Part shown: positions 50,613 to 60,300 of the stretch, piece by piece
Numbering within the stretch: the stretch's first letter is position 1
Layout: each line of letters starts with the position of its first letter
The notes under the pieces: model-generated
Told to the model about the DNA's origin: nothing
The model's database searches: none
The model's input: only the letters and a program-made list of their open reading frames with translations
Translations under genes and position numbers: made by a program
Origin: a virus
Taxonomy: Duplodnaviria; Caudoviricetes
DNA length: 64,000 bases
Reading direction: 5' to 3' (one strand)
IMG/VR virus record: IMGVR_UViG_3300044971_003552
Span: 618-64,617 of that record

Positions 50613-51604
50613 GTGATTATACTCGAATTAAATTAAGAAGATCATCCTCCAACGAGTGGAGCGGATCGAACCCCACTCTTGCTCTCGGAGAAGCCGGATA
50701 TGAAACGGATTCTCGCAGACTCAAAATAGGAGATGGATTAACTGCGTGGTCAGGATTAGATTATGTCAAGGTTCATCCATCATCGATAAGTCATCCACAA
50801 GTTACTTTAAGAATTGGTGATGGTTTTGATCAAAGAATAGGAATTAACCTTTCTAATAATGAACTATTTAATATAGCTGCTTCGGGTGATACCACACTAG
50901 TTTATGACGATTCTTCAAAGACATTAGTATTTAATACTCAAGCCGGATCATCTTTTATAACACGTAATAATATCGTAAATGCTTTAGGATATGTTCCTCA
51001 AATTAGTGGTAGCTATAGCGCAATATCTCATAACCATTCTATAGCTCAAATTTCTGGACTTCAAACTATATTGGATAATAAACAAGCTTCAGGAAGCTAC
51101 TCTTTGTCTAATCATACCCATAACCTGAAACTTAGCGTTGGAGATGGTAGGGTTTTGAATTATGAAGTTAATGATTTTTTAAATGTTATTGGTAGTGGCT
51201 ATACTAATGTTGATATTGATGATTATACAAATACTCTTATTATCAGTTCTTTAGGCAATAGCGGAGTGTTGACTTTTAATAATAGAAGCGGGGTTGTTAA
51301 TCTAAATTATCCTGACATAACAGGAGCATTGAGCTATGTTCCTCAACCAACCGGCAACTATGCTCTTAGTGGCCATACTCATAGCGTAAACCAAATAGTC
51401 GATCTTGATAAATTAGGTTGGACATTCAATAACTCTACTAATCAATGGAGCTTTGCTTATCCTATTATCACTAACATAGATAGAAGAACACCGTTGTCAT
51501 CATCAGATTCTGGTAATCCAGGAGATGTATGTTGGGATATATCTTATTTGTATCTTTGTGTGGGTGTAAATTTATGGCGCAGATTACCTCATAGTTCATG
51601 GTAA
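50609..51604 (+). CDS. fibre protein with Mtd-N-like domain
   Basis: IKLRRSSSNEW..LALGEAGYETD..LKIGDG; HxH repeats. Confidence 0.75.
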   Translation: MSDYTRIKLRRSSSNEWSGSNPTLALGEAGYETDSRRLKIGDGLTAWSGLDYVKVHPSSISHPQVTLRIGDGFDQRIGINLSNNELFNIAASGDTTLVYDDSSKTLVFNTQAGSSFITRNNIVNALGYVPQISGSYSAISHNHSIAQISGLQTILDNKQASGSYSLSNHTHNLKLSVGDGRVLNYEVNDFLNVIGSGYTNVDIDDYTNTLIISSLGNSGVLTFNNRSGVVNLNYPDITGALSYVPQPTGNYALSGHTHSVNQIVDLDKLGWTFNNSTNQWSFAYPIITNIDRRTPLSSSDSGNPGDVCWDISYLYLCVGVNLWRRLPHSSW

Positions 51605-51617
51605 ATATGGAGCTAAT

Positions 51618-52142
51618 ATGAATATATTTAGTAATTTAATTAATCCCGAATTTAAGGGCTTGTATGACCAAGCTATAGATGCCTTATTGGAAAATAATGC
51701 TCTCACAGTACCATGTTCAATCTCTTATAACACCCCCAACGACACCTTGTGTAATAATTGTTTATTTGATCCTATAAACAATAGATCATTGAATATATAT
51801 AATAATACCGGACCTGTTCCATTCCCAGAGAATGGTATTTGTTCAATTTGTAATGGATATGGTAAGGTCGAAAAATCTAAGTCCGAGATAGTTTATCTGG
51901 CTGTAATTTTTGATAGTAAGTACTGGTTTAATTGGGGGCACAAAACAGTAAATGTTCCTGATGGTATGGTGCAGACGGTTTGTAAGATAGAATTGTTGCC
52001 CAAAATTAGAAATGCTCAATACATGAAGATTGATACTAATGTTCAATCATATGGAGATCATTCGTATGCTTTAGCTGGAGATCCTTCTCCGTGTGGATTG
52101 GGTAGTAATAAATATATTATAACAATGTGGTCAAGAGCATGA
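51618..52142 (+). CDS. putative head-closure/head-tail joining protein with CxxC motifs
   Basis: CNNC, CSIC; position before neck/tail genes. Confidence 0.45.
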   Translation: MNIFSNLINPEFKGLYDQAIDALLENNALTVPCSISYNTPNDTLCNNCLFDPINNRSLNIYNNTGPVPFPENGICSICNGYGKVEKSKSEIVYLAVIFDSKYWFNWGHKTVNVPDGMVQTVCKIELLPKIRNAQYMKIDTNVQSYGDHSYALAGDPSPCGLGSNKYIITMWSRA

Positions 52143-52783
52143 ATATTAACTTAAAATTATTAGAATCTGATGCTGAGATAGTTGATCAGATATTATCTGC
52201 AATGAAAGAGGTATTAGATAATAGTTTCTCAAAAGCTCTTAAAAACTTAAGAAACACTATACCACAAGAAGTTAAGAAAGCCATAAGTTCTGAACCAGAA
52301 TATCAGTCTTTAATGGGTGGCAAACTACAATATGAATTTGGAATACCTAATCCTTCTAGTTCAGTAGACAGTATTATAAACGCTTGGTCTAATAATATAG
52401 TAATAAATACTACTCCGGTAACAATATCAGGCAATACCTTAAAGGGTGGATTTAGCTTAAATATGATAAAAGATGATTACGGAGATGTATTAAGTTTAGC
52501 TGGAGCGACCGTTAAGGATTCAAAAAGTGGAGCAATACTACCTTGGTTAGAATGGTTGTTATTATATGGTGGGCAAATTATTATTAAAAATTATAGGGTT
52601 CAAATTGGAGCTAATCCAAACTCACGAACGGGCATGGCTGTTATGGTAAGCTCCAAACAGAATTGGAGAGTTCCACCAGAATTTGCAGGCACCAAAACTA
52701 ACAACTGGGTCACGAGAGCATTAACAAGACTAGACACTATTATACCCAATCTTATACAAAAAGAAATAGAGAATAATATATGA
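52139..52783 (+). CDS. putative neck/tail-completion protein
   Basis: ORF track; position. Confidence 0.45.
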   Translation: MNINLKLLESDAEIVDQILSAMKEVLDNSFSKALKNLRNTIPQEVKKAISSEPEYQSLMGGKLQYEFGIPNPSSSVDSIINAWSNNIVINTTPVTISGNTLKGGFSLNMIKDDYGDVLSLAGATVKDSKSGAILPWLEWLLLYGGQIIIKNYRVQIGANPNSRTGMAVMVSSKQNWRVPPEFAGTKTNNWVTRALTRLDTIIPNLIQKEIENNI

Positions 52784-53742
52784 GTTGCGAAAATTATACA
52801 AGATTTAATAATGTAACATCTCTTAATGATCATCAATTAATTAGTCAATTAGAAGAGAATATAAAGACGTTTTTAGATTGGGGATTTTTGAATATCGGAG
52901 GGTTTGTTAATGTTAAGATTCCTAATAGTGGTCTTTTTGGCGGAAATTTTAGTGATCTAAAGAGTAGCGACCAGCCCGGATACACACCGGGACAAGTGTG
53001 GCAAGCTCCAAAGAAAGAGTGGGTTTGGGAAACAGGAGTATCATATAACGGCACTTCCCCCAATCGAATCTCGGGAGTTTATGTTTCCAATACTTTTTAT
53101 CCGTCCCCAACAGGTTCCGGTACGATTGGTTATAATATCAATTATCCATTAGGACAGATAGTGTTTAATAAGCCTTTAGCAGCTTCCACACCGGTTAAAT
53201 TAGAATATTCATATCGATGGTGCCAAGTTTTAAAAGGTGGATCCAATGAGTTTTTAACACAACTCCAGGGTGAATCATATTCTCCGGTACCAGATATTAA
53301 TCTAAAGAATAAGGGAGACTATCAAGTATCATCAAGTCACAGAATCCAGATGCCCTGCATAATAATAGAACCAATTGCTAGAAGCTATTCTAAACCATGG
53401 CAAATGGGATCTCATGATTTTGCTGTTGATCAAGATATTTTATTACATGTTTTTGCTGAAAATTATCATGATAAGATTAAAATTACAGATATAATTAGAT
53501 TTCAAAAAGAAAAGGTGATTAGACTATATGATAGTTTAAAAGTGGTCAAAAGCGGAGCTAATCCTTTAGATCACAAAGGAAGTCTTAATATTAATGGTAA
53601 AAATTACAGTGATTTAGTGAATAATCCAGAATATTTATGGAATAAATGCTTTTTTAAAGAAATATCCATATTGGATATGGAAACCACAAATAAAAATTTA
53701 TATTGGTGTACTTTAAGATTAACCGCAGAAGTTATTTTATAA
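52780..53742 (+). CDS. putative tail terminator/completion protein
   Basis: Position directly before tail tube; MPCIIIE..DILLHVFAE pattern. Confidence 0.45.
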   Translation: MSCENYTRFNNVTSLNDHQLISQLEENIKTFLDWGFLNIGGFVNVKIPNSGLFGGNFSDLKSSDQPGYTPGQVWQAPKKEWVWETGVSYNGTSPNRISGVYVSNTFYPSPTGSGTIGYNINYPLGQIVFNKPLAASTPVKLEYSYRWCQVLKGGSNEFLTQLQGESYSPVPDINLKNKGDYQVSSSHRIQMPCIIIEPIARSYSKPWQMGSHDFAVDQDILLHVFAENYHDKIKITDIIRFQKEKVIRLYDSLKVVKSGANPLDHKGSLNINGKNYSDLVNNPEYLWNKCFFKEISILDMETTNKNLYWCTLRLTAEVIL

Positions 53743-53766
53743 CCATATTCGACAGGGAGAGCTAAC

Positions 53767-54813
53767 ATGGCCAATCGTCTATTTTATGCCGTTCAATCAG
53801 TACAAATTGCTGGACCATCAGGCACTAAATTAACAAAAAATCCGGACTTCGACACTGTTCAAGGTCTACAAAGCGTTGGTATGAACACCAACTTTAATCT
53901 TGAGCCAGTTTATCAGCTTGGTCAGCTAGAACTATACGACAACTATGAAGAGATCCCTGAAGTAGAAGTTACTCTTAATAAGGTTTTAGACGGACAGCAG
54001 ACCATTTATGCTATGACCATGGGAAGTGGTAAGCTTGTTAATTTAGCAAATAATCGTTGCGGCGTTAAACTCAATCTTTATCCAGACACTAATGAGAGTG
54101 CTACCGGTATTCCATTAGCTAGTGTTCAGTGTAATCCTTCCTATCTATCATCTGTTAGTTATAATTTCCCAACAGAAGGCAATTTTACAGAAGAGGTTAC
54201 TCTAGTTAGCAACGACAAGGTTTGGCTAACAGGATTGTCCGCTGCCAATACGCAACCTACTCTAGCATCAACAACTGGTGTGGGTATTCTTCGTCGTGGC
54301 TTGTGGAGCAAGTCTTCGGTGCTACCAACAGGAGCAGGTGATGGAGTGACTGGCTCCAATAAGGGTGGTATTCCTTCGGGCGCCAAGATTAATAGCGTCA
54401 AAGTTAGTATGCAGCTTGGTCGTGAACAGATTCGTGAACTTGGTAGTAGAACCCCATACTATCGTTATATCAAGTTTCCTGTTGAGGTTTCAACAGAAAT
54501 CGAAGTAACAGCAACAGAGGGTGATATGGTAGGAGCTGATGGGGCAGCAAACACAGCTTGCAGCAACCCCAAAGCTCTTAACAACAAAGAAATCAAGATT
54601 GTTCTTTGTGATGGTACAGTTATTGACCTTGGAGCCAAGAACAAGCTAACAAGTGTTAACTTTACTGGTGGAGATACTGGCGGTGGTAATGCTACAATCA
54701 CTTATAGCTACAGAACCTATAACGATTTTGATTATACTCCTCCAACAGGAGCTGGTCAAACATTTGCAGATGTAGTTGAAGCTGGTCTACCAGTGCCCAG
54801 CACAGATTACTAA
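53767..54813 (+). CDS. major tail (tube) protein
   Basis: GLQSVGM..EPVYQLGQ, REQIRELG; GGGAG RBS; position before chaperones and TMP. Confidence 0.65.
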   Translation: MANRLFYAVQSVQIAGPSGTKLTKNPDFDTVQGLQSVGMNTNFNLEPVYQLGQLELYDNYEEIPEVEVTLNKVLDGQQTIYAMTMGSGKLVNLANNRCGVKLNLYPDTNESATGIPLASVQCNPSYLSSVSYNFPTEGNFTEEVTLVSNDKVWLTGLSAANTQPTLASTTGVGILRRGLWSKSSVLPTGAGDGVTGSNKGGIPSGAKINSVKVSMQLGREQIRELGSRTPYYRYIKFPVEVSTEIEVTATEGDMVGADGAANTACSNPKALNNKEIKIVLCDGTVIDLGAKNKLTSVNFTGGDTGGGNATITYSYRTYNDFDYTPPTGAGQTFADVVEAGLPVPSTDY

Positions 54814-54834
54814 TAAATAGTCGAGAGGAAACTT

Positions 54835-54987
54835 ATGGATGATATATTTGCCGTAATTGGCAAGATGTATCTGGATCTAATACAGAGTCAGAAAATTATA
54901 GAAAGCCTGCAAAAGAAACTAGAAGATCGAGAAAAAGATATTTCTAGCTTGCAGGCTTCTATTATTTCTAAAGATAATGTAATGTGA
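54835..54987 (+). CDS. 50-aa coiled-coil protein (MDDIFAVIGKMYLDL...)
   Basis: Manual translation; GAGG RBS. Confidence 0.6.
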   Translation: MDDIFAVIGKMYLDLIQSQKIIESLQKKLEDREKDISSLQASIISKDNVM

Positions 54988-56018
54988 ATGAATCCAGGAA
55001 CAATGAAAAATTAATACACAGAATATTATCTGGCAAATTAATATTTGTTTTTGATGATATCTTTTATGAGCTTAGGAAACCATCTCTAGAAATTAAGATG
55101 GAAGCAGATTTTTTATATTCTTCAACATATGAAGATAATTTATATAATAATAATTTTTTATCACTAGAAGATGTAGAAAATTTATTAATTGAATTAAATA
55201 TACTATATTATGATAGTAAAAAAATATTACAAAAAATTGAGAAAAGTTTAGAAAATGCTAAAGTTGATCTTTTTCAAAATTATTTTGATACAACCAAACG
55301 AGCTAAGATAAAAAATCGTTTAACTAATCTAAAGAGTGATATTGATAGCATATATTCCAAGCAACACAGCTTAGATTTCTTGACGCTGGAGCACTATTGC
55401 GATAATAGTAGACATGAATTTATTATTAGTCATACATTATATAACAAAAATAATGAGCTAATATTTCAATATAACAATATTGACTATTTAAAATTTAATA
55501 ATATTGTGTCTACAATTTCTAAACATATGATAGATGTATCCACATATAAAAAATTAGCAAGATGTGATTATTGGAGAAATTATTGGAGCAATAATAAAAC
55601 TAATGTTATAAGTGGTACTGTTAGCGAATGGTCAGAAGAACAAAAAAGTTTGGTAAATATATCTTGCATGTATGATAAGATATATGAACATCCAGAGTGT
55701 CCTCAAGACGATATTATTAATGATGACGACGCTTTAGATGGCTGGATGATCTTTCAAAAACAAAAAAATGATCTTCAAAAGAAGGAAAAAGGTGTAGATA
55801 GTATGTTGACAGGAAAGATTAAGAATTCCAGCGAAGTATTCTTGATGGCTGGCAACAAGGATCAAGCACAGGATATTTTGGGATTAAATAATAAGGAATC
55901 TTTGAATATAGTAAAAACTAAAGTTGATACTGTTATGACAAGAGGAAATGTAAGAGACGGCGAATTGCCAGATGTAAAACAAAGACTTATGCAACAACTT
56001 AGGGAAAAAGGAAGATAA
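54984..56018 (+). CDS. hypothetical protein, possible tail assembly chaperone
   Basis: ORF track; position. Confidence 0.5.
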   Translation: MNESRNNEKLIHRILSGKLIFVFDDIFYELRKPSLEIKMEADFLYSSTYEDNLYNNNFLSLEDVENLLIELNILYYDSKKILQKIEKSLENAKVDLFQNYFDTTKRAKIKNRLTNLKSDIDSIYSKQHSLDFLTLEHYCDNSRHEFIISHTLYNKNNELIFQYNNIDYLKFNNIVSTISKHMIDVSTYKKLARCDYWRNYWSNNKTNVISGTVSEWSEEQKSLVNISCMYDKIYEHPECPQDDIINDDDALDGWMIFQKQKNDLQKKEKGVDSMLTGKIKNSSEVFLMAGNKDQAQDILGLNNKESLNIVKTKVDTVMTRGNVRDGELPDVKQRLMQQLREKGR

Positions 56019-56021
56019 TTT

Positions 56022-56321
56022 ATGTATGAACCAGAACGATTAAAATTTTATATGGAGCGTCGAATTGAAACAACAATGATAGGCGCTCTTGCTAGGATAG
56101 AACAAAACTTTGGATTTCTGTGGGGCTACGATAAAGATGGAGAACTAACTCCAGAGGAAGAAAAGTTTGCAGATATTTGGGATTTTACTCGTAACGAGAT
56201 TTTAAATCATGGAAATAAACAAATTAGAAACTTAGATGTTGATTTTAATCGTTATGGTGGAGTTTTTAAGAGTAACTACCACTATAACTTTAAAGTAAAC
56301 AAAAACAATAATCAAAACTGA
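56022..56321 (+). CDS. hypothetical protein
   Basis: ORF track. Confidence 0.65.
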   Translation: MYEPERLKFYMERRIETTMIGALARIEQNFGFLWGYDKDGELTPEEEKFADIWDFTRNEILNHGNKQIRNLDVDFNRYGGVFKSNYHYNFKVNKNNNQN

Positions 56322-56341
56322 AACCCAAAAAGGATATTAAT

Positions 56342-57232
56342 ATGAAAACAGAAAATTTTAGTGTTGTTGTAGATGGCGTTGAAAAGCATTATGCTGTTCG
56401 TTCACCCTCATTAAATGATCAAAGGGAAGCCCAGAAAGCATATAATCAAGCTTTCACTGATGCTATTAAAAGCAAGAGTATAGTGAGAGCTAAGATGGAT
56501 GACCTTCTAGAAGAACAGGGTTTATGGAATAGCGAAAAACAGGCCAAGTTCACCACTCTGCAACAAGAATTGCTAGATGGAGAAAAGCGTCTGGCTAAGG
56601 GTGGTTTCAGCTTAAATGAGGCTAAAAAGCTAGCTCTAGAAATGAAAAATGTTAGAGCAGAAATTAGAGACCTTATTAGTGTTCGCACAAGTCTAGATAA
56701 CCATAGTGCAGAAGGTCAAGCAGATAACGCCAGATTTAACTACCTAGTATCAGCTTGTGTGGTGTATAAAGATAGTAATGATCTATACTTTAAAAATTTG
56801 GAAGACTATCTTAATAAGGCTGACGACCCAGTAGCTCTATTAGGTGCTCAAAAATTGGCTAACATGATTTATGGACTGGATAATAACTTTGAAAAAGGCT
56901 TACCAGAAAATAAGTTTTTACAGAAGTATAAGTTTGTTGATGAAAAACTTCGCTTGATTGATAAGAAGGGTCGTTTGGTGGACGCCGACGGCAGACTTAT
57001 TGACGAGAGAGGACGATACATCGACGAACAAGGTAGTTATGTTGATAAGTATGGCAATAGGGTAGATGCTGATGGAGATTATGTTGTAGAATCAGAACCG
57101 TTCCTTGATGACGAAGGTAAACCAGTTGTTTTGGATGAAGAAAAACCAGTTACGGAAGAAAAGAAAACTGATGAAACTAAAACACCAGAAACTTCACCGC
57201 AACCAACAACAGAGACTCCCAAGACAGAGTAA
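56342..57232 (+). CDS. putative tail assembly chaperone with short DxxGR repeats
   Basis: Directly upstream of TMP; LIDKKGRLVDADGRLIDERGRYIDEQG repeats. Confidence 0.55.
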   Translation: MKTENFSVVVDGVEKHYAVRSPSLNDQREAQKAYNQAFTDAIKSKSIVRAKMDDLLEEQGLWNSEKQAKFTTLQQELLDGEKRLAKGGFSLNEAKKLALEMKNVRAEIRDLISVRTSLDNHSAEGQADNARFNYLVSACVVYKDSNDLYFKNLEDYLNKADDPVALLGAQKLANMIYGLDNNFEKGLPENKFLQKYKFVDEKLRLIDKKGRLVDADGRLIDERGRYIDEQGSYVDKYGNRVDADGDYVVESEPFLDDEGKPVVLDEEKPVTEEKKTDETKTPETSPQPTTETPKTE

Positions 57233-57262
57233 TTTTCTATATAATTTGAGTTTCACAATCTT

Positions 57263-57303
57263 GAGCACCATGCGACATAGCGTTTGCATGGTGTTCTTTT
57301 TTT
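57263..57303 (+). terminator. rho-independent terminator just upstream of the TMP gene
   Basis: GAGCACCATGCGA..TTGCATGGTGTTC stem followed by T7. Confidence 0.75.
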
Positions 57304-57315
57304 AGGATATAAAAT

Positions 57316-60300
57316 ATGAGCAAAGGATTTAATCTAACAGCAGAGCTGAATCTACGTGGTCCCTCTAATATTAGGACAGTAGTAGCAGATATTCGTAGAC
57401 AAGTAGGATCAGTATCCGTAAACATTACTCCAACAGTCAATAGACAATCTATTCGTACTATTGCTAGTACAATTAGGAGTCAATTATCTAATATAACTTC
57501 TGATGTTAAAATAAGAGCTAATACAGCATCATTAAGAAGTATTGGTGCTGATATAAGACGACAATTAGGAGGGGTTACAGCTAATGTTAATGTAAGAGCC
57601 AACCAATCTTCAATACGAGCAGTAGCTTCTGATATCAGACGTCAATTAGGATCAATCAATACCAATGTTAACGTTAGATTTAATACTGCCGCAGTTACAA
57701 CTTATGGTAATAACTTAAGAGCTTTAAATAATAACCTTAATCAGATAACAGCATCAGCAACTAATGCCACAGCAGCAATTAATGCTCTTACAGCAGCTAT
57801 GAGAGGAGCATCAACAGCTGCAGCCAGTATTAATAATGCTTCTGTGAATGTTGGCAATCTTGGAAGAGCCGCTGGTGGGGCTAGGAATAGTATTGCTCTA
57901 GCTAGCAATGAGATGATAGAATTTGGTCGTCAGTCAGGATTGGCTTTTAGAAGATTTTCAGCTATTACAACTGTTACTGGTATTGTTTACGGACTAACTA
58001 ATGCTATTAGGCAAGGGGTTGCATCCTTTATAGACTTTGATTTACAGATGACAAGAATTGCTCAGGTTACTGGAGATGCAAAAAATGAGTTGGGAGCTGT
58101 TGCCAACACTATTACTAATTTATCTACTACATTAGGTGCTAGTTCGGCTGAACTAACCAAAACTACGGTAACATTAGCTCAGGCTGGTTTAACAGCAAAA
58201 GATACTGCAACGGCACTTAGGGCTCTAGCTCTTAGCGCATTGGCTCCGTCTTTTGACGATATGAATCAGACGGTAGAAGGTTCTATTGCTCTTATGAGAC
58301 AGTTTGGTATTGGAGCAAATCAATTAGAGATGGCTCTGGGCAGCGTCAACGCAGTATCTGCTAAATTTGCTGTAGAAGCTAGTGATATTATTACGGCTAT
58401 TCAGCGTACTGGTGGTGTGTTTGCTTCTGCCAGCAAAGGAGTTAGTACTGGTACAGATGCTCTTAACGAGTTTATTGCTGTATTTACTAGTATACGAGCT
58501 ACTACTCGCGAAAGCGCCGAAACTATCGCTACCGGCCTAAGAACTATTTTTACTCGTGTTCAACGAGCAGAGACTATTGAATCTCTCAAAGAATTTGGCG
58601 TTACTCTTACTGATCTTGAGGGTAAATTCGTAGGTCCCTATGTTGCTGTTCAGCGTTTAAGTGAGGGTTTATCAAGACTAGATCCACGAGATCTTAAATT
58701 CTCACAAATTGTTGAGGAGCTTGGAGGATTCAGACAGATTGGTAAAGTACTCCCTCTTATCCAACAGTTCGCTACTGCGCAAGATGCTCTAAGCGTTGCT
58801 CAACAAGGTCAAGGATCGTTAGCGGCAGATGCTGCTAAAGGACAACTAGCTTTAGCCGTTCAAATTCAAAAGGTTCGTGAAGAATTTCTTGCTCTTATTC
58901 GTAGCATTGGTGAAACTAGTAGTTTTCAAAATATGGTTAAGGTAGGTTTAGACTTAGCTAGCGCTCTTATTAAGGTTGCTGATGCTACTAAAGGTATTAT
59001 TCCTTTATTGACTATGTTTGCAGCTTTTAAAGGCATTAGTACTGCTACTCAATATATTAGTGGTTTTGGTCAGGGTATACGAGGTCGTGCAGCAAGAGGA
59101 TCGGCAGAAGGCGGAAGAATTTATGCTTTTGCTAGCGGCGGTTTGGTTCCAGGTAGCGGAGATAGAGATACCGTATCAGCTCGCTTAACTCCAGGTGAGT
59201 TTGTAATGAGAAAGAGCGCTGTAAAGAGTATTGGAGCTGGTAATCTCTATTCTTTAAATAGAAATAGTGGAGGCATTATTCCTAGTTCCTCAGATATACA
59301 AAGATTTAGCCAAAGAAATCCTACCAATGAATCAGGAATAGTAAAAAGCGTAAAATCTAAAAATAAGAAAACACCACCAGATAATGCTCTTGAATCATGG
59401 ACAAATAATCCTACTCCCCAAAACTTAGCTTTGGCTCATTTTGGCTCAGAAATGCCAATGACACCGACGCATTTCAGACAATATATAAATAGACCGACAG
59501 CAGTAAGGGGTATTCCTACAAAATCTAATCAGCTTGCTCCTAGTCTGAAGATAGCACAAGGAAATATCTCTAGTTTGAGCAGCGCTAGTAGCTCGCAGAT
59601 ACAATATATTATCGATACTCTTGGGCTTAATCAAAAGCCACCAATTTTACTAAGTATTCCAAGATTAACAAATAATGCAATGAGGGATAGCGGACAAGGA
59701 GCGTTTAGTGCTGCTTTGGCTAGCTGGATCAAAGCAAATCCAGCACTTCTGGTATCTGATGGTAAAAGAAGAGGTGCTGATAGAATAAAGTCTACAGACC
59801 TAGTAAATAGTCCACAGAATTTTGCTAACACTATCTCTGCAAAAATACCAAAGCAAACTGTAATACACGACTCTGATCTTTCATCTTTGACCACCGATAT
59901 ATGGTCTCTACTCTCAGAAGAGAAGAAACAATTTCTTTCTGATAGAGCTGATATTATATGGAAAAGATTAGTAAAAGATAAGAGAGCAGGCGTTCAACAA
60001 CGACAAGAAGGAGCATATAAAGTAGGTTCAATAGACCTGATAAATAGACGATCTATGGGTGGATCTATTCAGAGATTTCCTGTTGGTGGAGAAGTAAAAC
60101 CAGTTATTCGCACTGTTGGAGTTATTGATTCTGATGACTGGAAAGAAGACCCGGTTGTCGCTGCTCAAATGAAAATGATGGGTATTACTAAGCTCGACGA
60201 ATATAAAGTTCATATGTCTAATTTAGTAGCAGAAAAAAGAAAATCTGGAGGTATTCGAAGACTAAGAACAGTTTTTGGTGCTGCAGCAAGTGGTAAGACT

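Noticed and set aside
21032-51604. Diversity-generating retroelement suggested by Mtd-N-like domains
   Set aside because: No reverse transcriptase and no TR/VR pair differing at adenines was seen; the N-terminal domain alone is just a fibre module.
54984-57232. Programmed frameshift between tail chaperone genes
   Set aside because: No convincing slippery heptamer or overlapping frame was found; the ORFs have separate starts.
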